Assembly (NCBI GenBank): GCA_038317635.1
Contig: JBBQBP010000001.1
Span: 207,957 to 271,956 of the forward strand
DNA: 64,000 nt
Source: Propionibacteriales bacterium
GTDB lineage: Bacteria > Actinomycetota > Actinomycetes > Propionibacteriales > Propionibacteriaceae
Reading direction: 5' to 3'
Of the stretch, positions 27,589 to 35,373 are shown in pieces. The notes under the pieces are model-generated. The model ran no database searches. It was not told the origin of the DNA and was given only the letters and a program-made list of their open reading frames with translations. Both the position numbers and the translations under genes were made by a program. The first letter of the stretch is position 1; each line of letters opens with the position of its first letter.

Positions 27589-27777
27589 ATGTCGAGCCCG
27601 TTCGAGATCATCCAGCCGAGCCTGCGCTACCTGCGAGAGCAGCGTGAGCTCGAGAAGGTGTTCGTCGTCGACACTCCTGACGGGGCCGATGGCCTGGGTC
27701 GGGTCGACCTCAAGTCCGGCCACATCAAGATCCCCGTGCCCCACACCGTCGAGAAGCCGGCGCCCACGGAGGAGTAG
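27589..27777 (+). CDS. Small hypothetical protein (62 aa)
   Basis: Strong RBS AAGGAGG 7 nt upstream of the ATG at 27589. Sequence MSSPFEIIQPSLRYLREQRELEKVFVVDTPDG. The longer track ORF starts upstream without an RBS. Confidence 0.5.
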   Translation: MSSPFEIIQPSLRYLREQRELEKVFVVDTPDGADGLGRVDLKSGHIKIPVPHTVEKPAPTEE

Positions 27778-27801
27778 GCCCTCCGTCGCGGATGGCCCTG
27801 C

Positions 27802-29163
27802 CTACGGCGCTACGAGGTCCGCGAAGCGACCCATGTGCAGCGGTGCCGTCTGCCACGCGAGGCCTGCGCCCTTGTCGTCGATGTCGACGAGCAGTACATG
27901 CACGGTGTCGGTGGCGCACAGCCGGAGCCGTACAGCGCCGCGACTGCTGACGGCTGCGGCCAGGGCGACCGGTACGTCGATGCCGCCGGTACGAAGCGAC
28001 TGGCGCCGCCAGTGGCCGGAGGTGAACAGCCTGACAGGGTCTCCATCCACGCGTAGGTCCACGGTGAAGCCCGACGCGTCGCGGGTGACCGACGCGTCCG
28101 CGAGGTCCGGTACGGGGATCTGCTCCGCCCCGATTCCCAGCGACGGGCGGACCGGTACGGGACCGGCGTGGTGCCAGGAGCCGTGCGCGCCGGAGTCGCG
28201 GGGGACGGGCAATGACAGGTGCGTGAGGCGCTCGGCCCGCTCAGCCGAGGCCGGCGCCCCCGCGCCTGGGACCAGGTGCTCCCAGACGAGGTCGAGCAGC
28301 GGCTGTGATGTGACGGGCTGCGCCGAGGTGATCGCGATGACGGACTCTGACTCCGGGAGGATGAGCGCGTACTGCCCGTACGCGCCGTCCATGCGGAATC
28401 CCTCGCGACTCATCCACAGCTGGTAGCCGTACCCGTGCGTCCACTCCGGGTCCACAACGTCCTGGTCGTCCGTACCGATGTGACGTGTCCCGGCGAGCTC
28501 TGCCCAGCCCTCGGGCAGCACCTGCGTGCCCTGCCAGCGCCCGCCGGACGCGTACAGCTGGCCGAACGCGGCCAGGTCCGGAGTCGTGATGTGCACACCG
28601 GAGAAGCCCATCTCCCGGCCGAGGGGATCGCACTCCCAGGCGATGTTGATGCCGATCGGGTCGAGGAGCCTGGGACGGAGGTAGCCGGTCAGTGTCTGGC
28701 CGGTCACGCGCCGCACGATCTCACCCACGGCCCAGCTCGCGCCGTTGTTGTAGACGTGGCGGGACCCGACGGGTGTCTGCGGATCGGTGCGCCAGAACGT
28801 GGACGCGATGTCTCCCTGCATCCCGGGGACGAAGTCGATCGTGTCGGCGTCATGCCCGGTGGACATTGACAGCAGGTGATGCAGGGTCATCTCCAGGCGA
28901 CGCCCGGCGACGGGGAAGGGCGGCTCGAGGAGGTCGACCACGCGGTCGTCGAGGCTCAGCAACCGCTCGGCGATGGCGAAGCCTGCGGCGGTCGCGGTGA
29001 ATGTCTTGCTCACCGAGTGCACCAGCTGTGCGTCGTCTCGTCCGTACGGGGCCCAGTACGCCTCCACCTGAACCCCGCTGGGGTCACGGACAACCAGCGT
29101 GTGGATGTGGGTGTTCGGATCCGCAGCAACGGCATCGATGAACGCGAGGACTGAGTCGGCCAT
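27802..29163 (-). CDS. Serine hydrolase of the beta-lactamase/transpeptidase-like superfamily (family VIII esterase or class C-like) with a C-terminal extension
   Basis: SxxK motif HSVSKTF. YxN motif YNNGASW. 454 aa from the ATG at 29163. The upstream 530 codons of the 986-aa track ORF are a shadow of fprA. Confidence 0.85.
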   Translation of the reverse strand: MADSVLAFIDAVAADPNTHIHTLVVRDPSGVQVEAYWAPYGRDDAQLVHSVSKTFTATAAGFAIAERLLSLDDRVVDLLEPPFPVAGRRLEMTLHHLLSMSTGHDADTIDFVPGMQGDIASTFWRTDPQTPVGSRHVYNNGASWAVGEIVRRVTGQTLTGYLRPRLLDPIGINIAWECDPLGREMGFSGVHITTPDLAAFGQLYASGGRWQGTQVLPEGWAELAGTRHIGTDDQDVVDPEWTHGYGYQLWMSREGFRMDGAYGQYALILPESESVIAITSAQPVTSQPLLDLVWEHLVPGAGAPASAERAERLTHLSLPVPRDSGAHGSWHHAGPVPVRPSLGIGAEQIPVPDLADASVTRDASGFTVDLRVDGDPVRLFTSGHWRRQSLRTGGIDVPVALAAAVSSRGAVRLRLCATDTVHVLLVDIDDKGAGLAWQTAPLHMGRFADLVAP

Positions 29164-29190
29164 GGTCACGACACTAATGCCGCCCCGCGC

Positions 29191-30588
29191 GTGGGTTCCG
29201 CGCCACCAGCGCGTCCACGACCGTACGATGCGGGGGTGGAAGAGCCGAAGCGGATCGCGATCGTCGGAGCAGGCCCGTCGGGGATCTTCGCCGCGCAGGC
29301 GCTGCTCGCGCACCCCGGGATCGCGGTCGACCTGTACGACCGGCTGCCCACGCCGTTCGGGCTCCTCCGGTACGGCGTCGCGCCTGATCACACCTCGATC
29401 AAGGGTGTCGGCGTTGCGCTGGCCCGGGTCTTCGAGTCGCCGGCGATACGGTTCCTGGGTCACGTCGAGTTCGGCAGGGACATGACGCGCAAGGAGCTGC
29501 TCGGTGCCTACGACGCGGTCATCTACGCGGCCGGCGCCGCGGAGGACGCCGAGATGGCTGTCCCGGGTGAGAACCTTCCCGGCAGCGAGTCGGCGCGCTC
29601 GTTCGTGGCGTGGTACTCCGGACATCCCGATGCCGTCCCGTTCCGGCTCACCGGTGTCCGGTCCGTCGTCACGGTCGGCGTCGGCAACGTCGCGGTCGAC
29701 GTCTCCCGGATCCTGTGCAAGACGGCCGCCGACCTCACTCCGACCGACATCCCGGACCCGGTGCTCGACGAGCTCCGCGGCCACGTCGCCCAGGACGTCT
29801 GGGTCATCGGGCGCCGAGGGCCGCAGCACGCCTCGTTCACCACGCCGGAGCTCCGCGAGCTGCTCACGCTGCCGCAGGTACAGCCAGTCGTGCACGACGC
29901 GCTCGATGACATCGACCTCTCGACGCTCGAGAGGCGCCCTCGGGCGAACGTGGAGGCGCTGAAGGTGGCCGCCGAGCGATCCGTACCGGACGCCTCCCTG
30001 CGGCTCCACCTCCTGTTCTGGCACCGGCCGATCGAGGTCGAGGGCCAGCGCCGCGTCTCGGGGCTCACGCTCGAGCGGACGGCGCTGGACGCTGAGGGGC
30101 GCCTCATCGGTACCGGCGAGGAGCGCACGATCGAGTGTCAGCTCGTGCTGCGGGCCATCGGCTACCGCGGCCGCGCTCTGGCCGAGGTGCCGTTCGACGA
30201 GGCGCGCGGGGTCATCCCCAACAGCGCGGGCCGGGTGACGGATGCGCGCGGACGTGTCCACCGGCGGGAGTACGCGGTGGGGTGGATCAAGAGGGGCCCG
30301 ACCGGCGTCATCGGTACGAACAAGTCCGACGCTGCCGAGACGGTGGCGGCGCTCATGGCCGACCTTCCCGAGATGCCACCGGTTGTGCTCGAGCCGGTCG
30401 AGAAGCTTCTGCACCGCAAAGGGCTCCGGCCGACCACGTACCAGGACTGGATGCGCATCGACGCAGCCGAGAGCGAGCTCGGATCCCGCTTCGGGCGGCG
30501 CCGCACGAAGATCGCGTCGTGGCCGGAGCTCCTGGACATCGCCCGTGGCCGAGGGGCGGCCGGAACGGTGACGCCCCGCGAGCGGTGA
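29191..30588 (+). CDS. fprA: NADPH-ferredoxin (adrenodoxin-type) reductase FprA
   Basis: FAD motif IAIVGAGPSGIFAAQ. NADP-binding motif VVTVGVGNVAVDVSRIL. Homology to mycobacterial FprA as recalled. Confidence 0.85.
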   Translation: MGSAPPARPRPYDAGVEEPKRIAIVGAGPSGIFAAQALLAHPGIAVDLYDRLPTPFGLLRYGVAPDHTSIKGVGVALARVFESPAIRFLGHVEFGRDMTRKELLGAYDAVIYAAGAAEDAEMAVPGENLPGSESARSFVAWYSGHPDAVPFRLTGVRSVVTVGVGNVAVDVSRILCKTAADLTPTDIPDPVLDELRGHVAQDVWVIGRRGPQHASFTTPELRELLTLPQVQPVVHDALDDIDLSTLERRPRANVEALKVAAERSVPDASLRLHLLFWHRPIEVEGQRRVSGLTLERTALDAEGRLIGTGEERTIECQLVLRAIGYRGRALAEVPFDEARGVIPNSAGRVTDARGRVHRREYAVGWIKRGPTGVIGTNKSDAAETVAALMADLPEMPPVVLEPVEKLLHRKGLRPTTYQDWMRIDAAESELGSRFGRRRTKIASWPELLDIARGRGAAGTVTPRER

Positions 30589-30720
30589 CCCGACGTCACG
30601 CGGGCTGTGACCTGTGGATGAATCGGTGCATGTTCTGTGGGTGGCCTGTGCACAGAAATCCCGCCCACGCGCAGGCGCCAGTGGATAAAGAATCTGCCCA
30701 AGAATCTTTTTCAGAACCGC

Positions 30721-30750
30721 TTGACGAGCACTAGGAGAGGCGATAGAAAT
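30721..30750 (+). promoter_or_regulatory. Sigma-70/SigA-like promoter A (TTGACG-17-TAGAAAT)
   Basis: -35 at 30721-30726. 17-nt spacer. -10 at 30744-30750. It drives the sRNA-like element A. Confidence 0.4.
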
Positions 30751-30756
30751 TACCCA

Positions 30757-30937
30757 TCGCAAACCCGCAAGGGAATGCGAGGGAGAGCAAGACGAAGTGC
30801 CTTGTACGGCGGGTTCGCCCGTCGCGCCGCCCGATGGCGGGCCGTGGGGGCAGGGAGTCCGTTCTCCGATCGGGAGGCCATCGTCCGGTCACTGAAGGGG
30901 CCCGTCGAACGACTCATACTCGCTCGCGGGCCCTTTC
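30757..30937 (+). ncRNA. Candidate sRNA-like element A (about 180 nt) ending in a GGGCCCG...CGGGCCC hairpin plus TTT
   Basis: No coding potential. Promoter upstream. Conserved 5' block CCGCAAGGGAATGCGAGGGAGAGCAAGACGAAG shared with element B. Its 36-nt 3' hairpin (30898-30933) is identical to that of element B. Confidence 0.3.
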
Positions 30938-31146
30938 GCATGCCCCGAACGGAGCCGGCCAGGAGCGGCCGAGCTGAGGGGCCCCTTCCCCAGCCCTCCC
31001 AACCCTCGCTGAGGGCCGGACGGCACCACACCCAGGAAGGCTGTGCATAAGTCTGTGCATCATCGGTGGAGAATAGGTGCACAACCCTGTGTTCATGGTG
31101 CATAAAAGTCGTGCATAATTCCAACGATGTAATTTGGCGAAATCGC

Positions 31147-31176
31147 TTGCGGGCCGGGTGGCGAAGGGATAGAAAT
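31147..31176 (+). promoter_or_regulatory. Sigma-70/SigA-like promoter B (TTGCGG-17-TAGAAAT)
   Basis: -35 at 31147-31152. 17-nt spacer. -10 TAGAAAT at 31170-31176 is identical to that of promoter A. Confidence 0.35.
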
Positions 31177-31182
31177 CTCTTA

Positions 31183-31372
31183 CGCGATTCCGCAAGGAAA
31201 AGCGGGGCAGCACGAAAGAATGGTTGGCGCCGAGGACTTCGGTCCGAGAGACCTGCACGGTTGGGTGCGGGGCCAGTCAGGAGAGCGAGTTGTCGGTCTT
31301 GCGGCCACCACGCTGACCGAATAGAAGGGCCCGTCGAACGACTCATACTCGCTCGCGGGCCCTTCGCCTTTG
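31183..31372 (+). ncRNA. Candidate sRNA-like element B (about 190 nt), paralogous to A; alternatively the 5' leader or attenuator of the SPFH gene
   Basis: 5' block CCGCAAGGAAAAGCGGGGCAGCACGAAAGAA aligns to element A. Identical 36-nt hairpin GGGCCCGTCGAACGACTCATACTCGCTCGCGGGCCC at 31327-31362, followed by TTCGCCTTTG. 105 nt upstream of the SPFH start. Confidence 0.3.
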
Positions 31373-31477
31373 TCCAGCGCCGGATCACCTGACGCTGCGA
31401 GCGGTCCCCCGCAACCCCGGCGCGACGCGCGCTAGGTGATGTTCATAGACTCGAGGGGACGAGGAACGGAGTCTCAC

Positions 31478-32524
31478 ATGAGCAACCAGCCGCAGTTCAC
31501 TCAACCCCCACAGCCCGCGCAGGACCCTGCAGCCCCACCGGTGATGGAGCAGGGCTACCAGCAGCCGATGGTCGACCCCATCCCGTACGCCGGTCAAGCC
31601 CTCCAGGTTCCCGCGCCGGGCATCGTGACCGCCGCGCCTGTGGGACACAACGGCGTCCGCGTCGCCGCGGAGGAGCGAGACGCATGGTCGATGCCGGGTG
31701 GTGCGGCTCTGATCGCGCTGCTCGCGGTGGGCGCCATCTCGATCGGCCTCGGCGTCGTCGGCGCGGTCGTCAACGCACCGCTGGTGACCGGTCTCGGAGT
31801 GGCCCTGTTCATCGCGATGTACTTCGGGTTCACCTCCCTCACCGTCATCCAGCCGGGCGAGACCAAGGTCCTGCAGTTCCTCGGCCGCTACGTCGGCACG
31901 ATCCGCAAGCCTGGGCTCCAGCTCACGACCCCGTTCACGTCGAAGCGTCGGGTCTCGGTGAAGGTCAACAACTTCGAGACCCACGAGCTGAAGGTCAACG
32001 ACTCCGACGGCAACCCGGTGAACATCGCCGCGATCATCGTCTGGCAGATCGCCGACACCGCCAAGGCATCGTTCGCCGTGGAGAACTCGCAGCACTTCGT
32101 CGAGGTCCAGGCGGAGTCCGCGCTGCGGCACGTGGCGTCCACCCACCCGTACGACAATGCTGATCCGGGCAAGGAGAGCCTGCGCGGCTCGACCGAGCTC
32201 GTCGCCAAGGAGCTGGCGATCGAGGTGGCGGCCCGCGTTGCCATCGCTGGCATCGAGATCGTGGAGGCGAGGATCTCGTCGCTCGCGTATGCACCTGAGA
32301 TCGCCCACGCGATGCTTCAGCGGCAGCAGGCCGCAGCGGTGATCGCGGCCCGGTCGATGATCGTCGAGGGTGCCGTCGGCATGGTCGAGCAGGCGTTGCG
32401 TCGGCTTGAGACCGACTCGGTCGTGCAGATGAGCGAGGAACGCAAGGCCCAGATGGTCGCCAACCTGCTGCTCGTCCTGTGCGGCGACTCGCGGGCCACC
32501 CCGGTGATCAACACCAACCCGTAG
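31478..32524 (+). CDS. SPFH/band-7 (stomatin/prohibitin-like) domain protein with a Pro/Gln-rich N-terminus and one TM segment
   Basis: SPFH core VIQPGETKVLQFLGRYVGT...IAAIIVWQIAD. N-terminal QPPQPAQDPAAPP low complexity then a hydrophobic helix. Confidence 0.85.
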   Translation: MSNQPQFTQPPQPAQDPAAPPVMEQGYQQPMVDPIPYAGQALQVPAPGIVTAAPVGHNGVRVAAEERDAWSMPGGAALIALLAVGAISIGLGVVGAVVNAPLVTGLGVALFIAMYFGFTSLTVIQPGETKVLQFLGRYVGTIRKPGLQLTTPFTSKRRVSVKVNNFETHELKVNDSDGNPVNIAAIIVWQIADTAKASFAVENSQHFVEVQAESALRHVASTHPYDNADPGKESLRGSTELVAKELAIEVAARVAIAGIEIVEARISSLAYAPEIAHAMLQRQQAAAVIAARSMIVEGAVGMVEQALRRLETDSVVQMSEERKAQMVANLLLVLCGDSRATPVINTNP

Positions 32525-32535
32525 GGCTCTCGGGA

Positions 32536-33798
32536 TCAGGCTTCCTCGGGGGTCGCCGACTCCCGAGGGGCGTTGGGGGCGGTCGGCTGGAGTCTGCGGC
32601 GCCGCACGACCAGCGTCGATGCGCCCGCGGCGCCCAGGACGACGACGCTCGCCAGGGCGAGGGCCCACCGCACGCCGACGAGGTCGGCGATCACGCCGAT
32701 GATCATGGCGCCGATGGGTGCGCTGCCCTGGTTGATGGCCATGTACAGCGCCATGACCCGGCCGCGCATGGCTGGGTCGCTTGTCAGCTGCACGGTCGAG
32801 TTCGACGTGGTCAGGGCGGTCATGCTGGCGAGACCCGACGGGATGAGGACCAAGGCGAACAGCAGATACGAGGGTGCGAGCGACATCAGCAACGTACAGA
32901 CGGCGACACTCGTCATCGCGATGAGCAGGGTGCGGAGCTTGGGCGTCGTTCGTCGCGCATTCAGCAGGGCGCCCGTCAGCGAACCGACGGCGAGCATCGA
33001 GCCGAGCAGTCCGTACGCGGTCGCACCCATGTGGAACACCGTTGTCGCCATGAGGGCGTTCGTCACTTGGAAGTTCATCGCGAACATCGTCAGGCAGAAG
33101 ATCGTCGCCATGATGAGCTGAAGATCCGGTCGGCTCTTGACGTAGACGACGGCTTCCTTGAGCGCTCCACGGCCTCGCCGGGGCGGGGATGGATGCATCT
33201 GGGCGGCGTCGAGCGAGATCAGCGCGATGAGCACCGCGAGGAAAGACACGGAGTTGACGAGCATCCCGACGCCCACGCTCCAGCGGGCGATGATGATGCC
33301 GCCGAGTGCCGGACCGACGAGCCTGCCGATGTTGAAGGACGCCGAGTTGAGGCTAACCGCGTTCATGATGAGGTCCGGCGGCACCATCTCCGACGCGAGC
33401 GTCATCCGCGCCGGCCCGTCGAAGGCCGCTGCCATTCCCTGGACTCCGGCGAGCGCGTACACCTCCCACAAGGTGACTCGGCCGCTCATCGTGAGGAGAG
33501 CCAGCGACAGCGAGGTGAGCAGCATCATCGACTGCGTGACCATCATCGTGCGGCGCTTGGGGAAGCGGTCGGCGACCATTCCGGTCCACGGGGACAGCAG
33601 TGGCATCCAGATGAACTGGATCGTCGTGATGAACCCGAGGGCGAACGCCGAGTTGTGGGTGAGGATGACGAGTACGAGCCAGTCCTGGGCCACGCGCGAG
33701 ACCCACGTGCCGATGTTCGAGATCAGCGCGCCCGAGAAGTAGCGGCGGTAGTTGGGTATCCGAAGAGAGGCGAACATTGCTCCCGCCGTGCCTGCCAC
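32536..33798 (-). CDS. MFS transporter (12-TM type)
   Basis: 420 aa hydrophobic. MFS motif GMVADRFPKRRTMM. Probable start at the internal Met about 33777. Confidence 0.85.
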   Translation of the reverse strand: MAGTAGAMFASLRIPNYRRYFSGALISNIGTWVSRVAQDWLVLVILTHNSAFALGFITTIQFIWMPLLSPWTGMVADRFPKRRTMMVTQSMMLLTSLSLALLTMSGRVTLWEVYALAGVQGMAAAFDGPARMTLASEMVPPDLIMNAVSLNSASFNIGRLVGPALGGIIIARWSVGVGMLVNSVSFLAVLIALISLDAAQMHPSPPRRGRGALKEAVVYVKSRPDLQLIMATIFCLTMFAMNFQVTNALMATTVFHMGATAYGLLGSMLAVGSLTGALLNARRTTPKLRTLLIAMTSVAVCTLLMSLAPSYLLFALVLIPSGLASMTALTTSNSTVQLTSDPAMRGRVMALYMAINQGSAPIGAMIIGVIADLVGVRWALALASVVVLGAAGASTLVVRRRRLQPTAPNAPRESATPEEA

Positions 33799-33914
33799 AG
33801 TCCTCCTCGCTCCGCGGAGACGCTACACCCGCACCAAAGGACCCGGCCGCTGATGGATCACTGGGTGATCCATCAGCGTCGCGGAGGTGGGCTGAGGTCT
33901 CCCGCACAGGACGG

Positions 33915-35345
33915 CTAGAACAGCAGAGCCGCCACGGCCTCTGCGTTGGCGCGTCCGGCGCCGTGCGCGAAGACGATCCTCTCGGCGTCAGGCGATGCGG
34001 CCACCAGCCCGGTGTGGACGACGACCGTGTATGGGCGAGCGGCGAGGAGCGCGGCCAGTGCTTCTCCTTCGGCCGCATCGGCGCGGGGTTCTCGCACGAC
34101 AGCGACCACCTGCTCTTGGGCGTCGATGGCGTCGCGCGGGCCTCTGACGAGCTTCGCGAGAGCGCCTCGCCGCTCGAGAACCTCGGCCAGGGCCAGCGGC
34201 GCCGCACCCGCAGCGACGGAGACACGGTGGCGCAGGTCGGCCACGACCACGGGTGCATCGCAGCGGACGAAGCCGCTCGTACGGACGGCTCGCCTCGCCG
34301 CCTCGCTGCCCACGGTGTCCAGTGCTGCGAGGATCTCGTCCAGCGGCTCGGCGGGGGGCGAACTGCCGGTGAGCCTCAGGTTCAGCTGGTGGGACGTGCG
34401 CAGGGCCTCGGCCGACAGGCGCCCGCTGTCGACGGCCGCCTCGATGCCGGCGACGGCGGCCTCGAAGTCCGCCTGAGGATCGCGGCCGGTGGGGGAGTCG
34501 AGGCAGAGCAGGTCGGCACCGGCCTCCAACGCCCGGACGGAAGCCTCACCCATGCCGTACAGGTCCGAGACCGCATGCATCCCCAGTGCGTCTGTGATGA
34601 TCGGTCCCTCGATGCCGAGCGCGCGGATGCGCTGCGTCGACCATGACGAGAGCGTCGCGGGGTCGGGGCCGAGCGCGGGTACGACGACGTGTGCCGTCAT
34701 CACCGAGTCGGTGCCGCACGCAAAGGGTGCCTCGTCGCGCTGCGCCAGGACGTCGAGCGGTACGTCGAGGATGGGCAGGGCGAGATGACTGTCCGTGCGG
34801 GTCGCGCCGTGGCCGGGGAAGTGCTTCCCACAGGACCGTACGCCCGACTCACGCAGGCCAATCGCGAACGCGGCGCCGTGCCGGGCGACGAGGTCGGGGT
34901 CGGCGCCGAAGGACCGGACGCCGATGACCGGGTTCAGCGGCTCGCTCGCGACGTCCAGACAGGGCGCGATCGTGAGTGTGATGCCGGCGTGGGCCAGCAG
35001 CTTCCCGTAGGCGGCCGCGCAGCGCCTTGTCAGCTCGGCATCGTCGACGTCTCCCAGCGCTGCGTTGCCGGGCAGCGACGAGCCGCCGTTGTGCTGGATG
35101 CGGGTGACGTCGCCGCCCTCCTCGTCGCTGGCGACGATGAGGGCCGGCTCTCCCGCTGCGCGCGCAGCGTCCTGGAAGTCGCCGACGACACGTCGGGTCG
35201 TCTCGACGTCGGGGGTGTTCTCGCCGAACAGGATGATCCCGGCCAGGCCGCCCGCGAGCGCCGGCCTCAACCAGTTCGGGATCGTCAGCCCTGGGAACTG
35301 AGCGAGCAGCACTCCGTACGCCAGACGGCGCCCATCACTGGTCAC
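33915..35345 (-). CDS. Glycoside hydrolase family 3 N-terminal domain protein (NagZ-like beta-N-acetylhexosaminidase)
   Basis: KHFPGHG motif and catalytic Asp region of GH3. 476 aa. Confidence 0.85.
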   Translation of the reverse strand: MTSDGRRLAYGVLLAQFPGLTIPNWLRPALAGGLAGIILFGENTPDVETTRRVVGDFQDAARAAGEPALIVASDEEGGDVTRIQHNGGSSLPGNAALGDVDDAELTRRCAAAYGKLLAHAGITLTIAPCLDVASEPLNPVIGVRSFGADPDLVARHGAAFAIGLRESGVRSCGKHFPGHGATRTDSHLALPILDVPLDVLAQRDEAPFACGTDSVMTAHVVVPALGPDPATLSSWSTQRIRALGIEGPIITDALGMHAVSDLYGMGEASVRALEAGADLLCLDSPTGRDPQADFEAAVAGIEAAVDSGRLSAEALRTSHQLNLRLTGSSPPAEPLDEILAALDTVGSEAARRAVRTSGFVRCDAPVVVADLRHRVSVAAGAAPLALAEVLERRGALAKLVRGPRDAIDAQEQVVAVVREPRADAAEGEALAALLAARPYTVVVHTGLVAASPDAERIVFAHGAGRANAEAVAALLF

Positions 35346-35373
35346 AGCGACACGCTATCCGATGGGGGCGAGA

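Noticed and set aside
27802-30762. 986-aa track ORF
   Set aside because: Only the C-terminal 454 aa (from the ATG at 29163) is the serine hydrolase. The remainder is the antisense shadow of fprA.
30637-31392. ORFs 30637-31050 (+), 31066-31392 (+) and 30750-31388 (-) in the sRNA region
   Set aside because: Arg-rich, no RBS. The two plus ORFs share GPVERLILARGPF only because both read through the duplicated 36-nt hairpin. The region is treated as non-coding.
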